Of a DNA stretch of 64,000 nucleotides, positions 61,272 through 64,000 are shown in pieces. Each line of letters opens with the position of its first letter. Position 1 is the first letter of the stretch. The stretch is taken from the NCBI GenBank assembly GCA_965215125.1, contig OZ244052.1:832713-896712 (forward strand), in the 5' to 3' direction. This stretch comes from an uncultured candidatus Porisulfidus sp. (GTDB lineage Bacteria > Pseudomonadota > Gammaproteobacteria > Poriferisulfidales > Oxydemutatoraceae). The notes under the pieces are model-generated. The model worked only from the letters and a program-made list of their open reading frames with translations, made no database searches and was not told the origin of the DNA. A program made the position numbers and the translations under genes.

Positions 61272-62969
61272 ATGAGTAGTTTTTTTTCAAAGGAGCGGAT
61301 TGTAGCCGAGGAAGGGTTTAATCGCTGGCGCGTGCCACCGGCATCGATTGCGATACACCTTTGCATCGGTTCGGTCTATGCGTGGAGTATTTACAATCCT
61401 GCATTGACGAAAGTCGTCGGTGTCGTCGCCAGTTCCGCCGACGATTGGACCTTAACCGAAGTCGTCTGGATTTTCACCGTTGCTATTCTGGTTTTGGGGC
61501 TTGCTGCGGCGTTTGCCGGCAAATGGCTCGAGGAAGTCGGGCCGCGCACGGTCGGTATTGTCGCCGCCTTTTGCTGGGGCGGCGGTTATGTAGTAGGCAG
61601 TCTGGGCATCTATCTGAATCAAGTATGGTTACTTTATCTCGGCTATGGCGTGATCGGGGGATGCGGTTTAGGTTTGGGTTATGTATCGCCGGTTAGTACT
61701 TTGATCCGCTGGTTTCCCGACCGGCGCGGTATGGCAACCGGAATGGCAATTATGGGTTTCGGCGGCGGCGCAATGCTGGGAACGCCCTTGAAAGAATATT
61801 TCCTTCAAAAATTTTACCGTGCACCCGAATATTTAGGCTCAATCGATAGTTTGGATTTGATTACCGAAGCCGGTAGACGTTTCGTGCAGATAGGCGGCGA
61901 ATTAAAAGAAGTGGTGGTGGTCGGTGCAAACGAAGTTTCCGGCATGATCGTTCCGGGAGATCCCGGTGTCTATCTACTCGGCACAGGTTCGGTCGGTGCA
62001 TGGCAGACATTTTTATTTATCGGTTTAATTTATTTTATTGTGATGCTGATCGCAGCGTTGAGCTATCGTATTCCGCGCGAGGGTTGGACTCCCGAAGGTT
62101 GGACACCACCGAGTAAATCCGTTTCCGATAAGAAAATGATAACGCAAGGCAATGTGGACATAGACCAGGCATTGAAGACACCACAATTCTATCAACTATG
62201 GATCGTCTTATGTTTCAATGTCACCGCCGGTATCGGTGTTATCGGCGTTGCCAAGACGATGATTACCGACATCTTCGGTTCCGCTTTGCCGGGCATAGTA
62301 GACGGTGCTTTTGCCGCAACCTATGTCTTGATGATCAGCGTGTTTAATATGATCGGCAGAGTATTGTGGGCAGGTTCGTCCGATTTTATCGGACGCAAGA
62401 ATACCTATTGGATATTTTTTGTCGGAGGTATATTACTTTATTTGTCTATCCCGTTTGCCGCACAACAAGTGAGTGTTCATCCTACGGTATTTTGGTTGGT
62501 ATTTTTCTATGCGGCAACGATGATTATATTCACCTTCTACGGCGGTGGTTTCGCAACCATTCCCGCCTACTTGGCGGATATTTTCGGCACCCATCATGTC
62601 GGTGGCATCCACGGTAGACTACTAACCTCATGGAGCACCGCCGGCGTATTAGGGCCGCTTGCTATTACCACTTTGCGGCAAAACTCACTCAGCAATTCAA
62701 TTCACGAGTTGGCTGCCAAAGTGGATCCGGCAAAATTTGCCGAAACCTTCGGGGCAGGAATTGATAAACTGGACTTATTGATTGAAAAAAAGACCGTAAC
62801 GCTCGCCAAGTTGCTCGAAATCTCGCCGCCGGGAACCGTGGACCCCACACCCAGCCTATATAATACGACGATGTATTTGATGGCGTTTCTGCTACTTCTA
62901 GCATTGATATCAAATGCGCTTATGAAGCCGGTGCATCCCAAGCATCACATCAATGACGGGAAAACATAG
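61272..62969 (+). CDS. MFS transporter, oxalate:formate antiporter (OFA) family
   Basis: 565 aa; the OFA-family N-terminus RWRVPPASIAIHLCIGSVYAWSIYNPAL; 12 TM helices with a long central loop. Confidence 0.75.
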   Translation: MSSFFSKERIVAEEGFNRWRVPPASIAIHLCIGSVYAWSIYNPALTKVVGVVASSADDWTLTEVVWIFTVAILVLGLAAAFAGKWLEEVGPRTVGIVAAFCWGGGYVVGSLGIYLNQVWLLYLGYGVIGGCGLGLGYVSPVSTLIRWFPDRRGMATGMAIMGFGGGAMLGTPLKEYFLQKFYRAPEYLGSIDSLDLITEAGRRFVQIGGELKEVVVVGANEVSGMIVPGDPGVYLLGTGSVGAWQTFLFIGLIYFIVMLIAALSYRIPREGWTPEGWTPPSKSVSDKKMITQGNVDIDQALKTPQFYQLWIVLCFNVTAGIGVIGVAKTMITDIFGSALPGIVDGAFAATYVLMISVFNMIGRVLWAGSSDFIGRKNTYWIFFVGGILLYLSIPFAAQQVSVHPTVFWLVFFYAATMIIFTFYGGGFATIPAYLADIFGTHHVGGIHGRLLTSWSTAGVLGPLAITTLRQNSLSNSIHELAAKVDPAKFAETFGAGIDKLDLLIEKKTVTLAKLLEISPPGTVDPTPSLYNTTMYLMAFLLLLALISNALMKPVHPKHHINDGKT

Positions 62970-63029
62970 GGTATACTAATGAGTTTGTTTTGGTTCAATA
63001 CACGATAATTTACGAGGAGAAAAAACGAT

Positions 63030-63542
63030 ATGATGTTTATCAATAGCAAAGAACAACTTAAAAATATCTGCCGTTGCTTGATAGCGAACCGCGGATTACT
63101 CATCGCAATATTTGCAGCCGGCGTACTGAGTTCACCGGCGGTTTCCGATGACCTTGCAAAAGGCGAAAAAACTTTTATCAAGTGCAAAGTATGTCACGCG
63201 GTGGAGAAGGATGTAAGCAAAATAGGTCCTAGCTTGCATGGTGTCTTCGGACGCAAAGCGGGAAGTTTGGAAAGTTTTCCGAACTATTCCGATGCAATCA
63301 AATCGACCGATATAGTTTGGGGAGATGAGACCATACGCGAATTCGTAAAGGCACCGCGCACTTATATCGCCGGTACAAAAATGATTTTTATAGGTATCAA
63401 AGACGATAAGGTGATAGATGACTTATTGGCTTATCTAAAATCGGTCACAGGTGCCGAAACCGGTTCCGAGACTTCCGATACCGAGACCTCGGATGCCGGC
63501 TCCGCCGCCGAGATGTCTCCGACCGAAGCGACTGTAGAATAG
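63030..63542 (+). CDS. class I c-type cytochrome (c2/c550-like) with acidic Ser/Thr-rich C-terminal tail
   Basis: 170 aa; signal peptide; CKVCH heme site; GPSLHGVFGRKAG; Met ligand GTKMIF; C-terminal ETGSETSDTETSDAGSAAE extension. Confidence 0.8.
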   Translation: MMFINSKEQLKNICRCLIANRGLLIAIFAAGVLSSPAVSDDLAKGEKTFIKCKVCHAVEKDVSKIGPSLHGVFGRKAGSLESFPNYSDAIKSTDIVWGDETIREFVKAPRTYIAGTKMIFIGIKDDKVIDDLLAYLKSVTGAETGSETSDTETSDAGSAAEMSPTEATVE

Positions 63543-63561
63543 TTTTTTATTACTTAAAGTT

Positions 63562-63895
63562 AATTCCCCTCCTGTGGAGGGGTGGCAGGCGCAATAGAAC
63601 CGCCGTTTGTTGCAAATAATCGTTCCTTGTTGCAGTAGCACAAGGAACATCACCTTATACAAGATTCAGCTATTTATGGCTGTTAGAAATAATACGAATA
63701 GCAAAGACAAACGGCGTGACATTGTGCAGAACCATAGCATATATACAAAATGTATGCCTTTTCATGGGGTGGTTGCTAAGGGTCTGTACAAGGTGCAGTG
63801 TCGGTACATTCCCCTCCTTCGGAGGGGTGGCAGGCGTAGCCTGACGGGGTGGTTGTGTGGTATCTGTACCAGTTAATTCCCTCCCTGATTTTTTC
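63562..63895. repeat. composite repeat block (module c, hairpin, module a-like, module b-inverted, module c)
   Basis: attcccctcctgtggaggggtggcaggcgcaatagaaccgccgtttgttgcaaataatcgttccttgttgcagtagcacaaggaa...aaacggcgtgacattgtgcagaacc...aaatgtatgccttttcatggggtggttgc...attcccctccttcggaggggtggcaggcgtagcctgacggggtggtt. Confidence 0.8.
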
Positions 63896-64000
63896 ATTAA
63901 CAACCCTCCATGTATTCGTTTTTAAGAGACACATAAATCTCTGCCGAATAAACAAGAAACTCTCTGTCCATTGCGCTGAGTTTACGGATTTTCTTTATCG

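Overview
This looks like a gammaproteobacterial chromosomal segment with moderate GC (judged by eye), and most of it is well-conserved housekeeping genes. From start to end: topA, mutY, yggX, tRNA-Phe, polA, argC, ftsK, lolA, smpB, an NSS-family Na+ symporter, ratA, rnfH, bamE (minus strand), fur, recN, nadK, dapF, a DUF484 protein, xerC, mutM, an aldo/keto reductase, a SulP permease, trmB, thiG, thiS, bcp, fdxA, xthA, gyrB, accC, accB, aroQ, mpl, yaaA, tgt, queA, dnaX and a 4.5S/SRP RNA (ffs) just upstream of dnaX. Short, clearly AT-richer accessory islets are dispersed among these: two distinct sulfotransferase-fold proteins, an IS256-family transposase, a FUT8/NodZ-like fucosyltransferase-superfamily glycosyltransferase, a HEPN/MNT toxin-antitoxin pair, a Fic protein, a solitary intact TnpB (IS605-family OMEGA nuclease) and a cluster of secreted or membrane hypotheticals that includes a Tat-exported SoxY-SoxZ-like fusion. 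The most striking sequence-level feature is a very dense, mosaic family of palindromic intergenic repeats. It has three recurring modules: (a) 'gaaccgccgattgagccagtaggtcaatcggcgtgacattgtgcagaacc', (b) 'accaccccatggaaaggctttacattttgta' and (c) 'attcccctcctgtggaggggtggcaggcgcagcctgacggggtggtt'. These occur in various combinations at 12 or more intergenic sites, including a head-to-tail tandem array of module c, and they generate many spurious repeat-encoded ORFs. I found no CRISPR array and no rRNA. All functional calls rest on motif recognition by eye and conserved gene-order knowledge; nothing was checked against a database.
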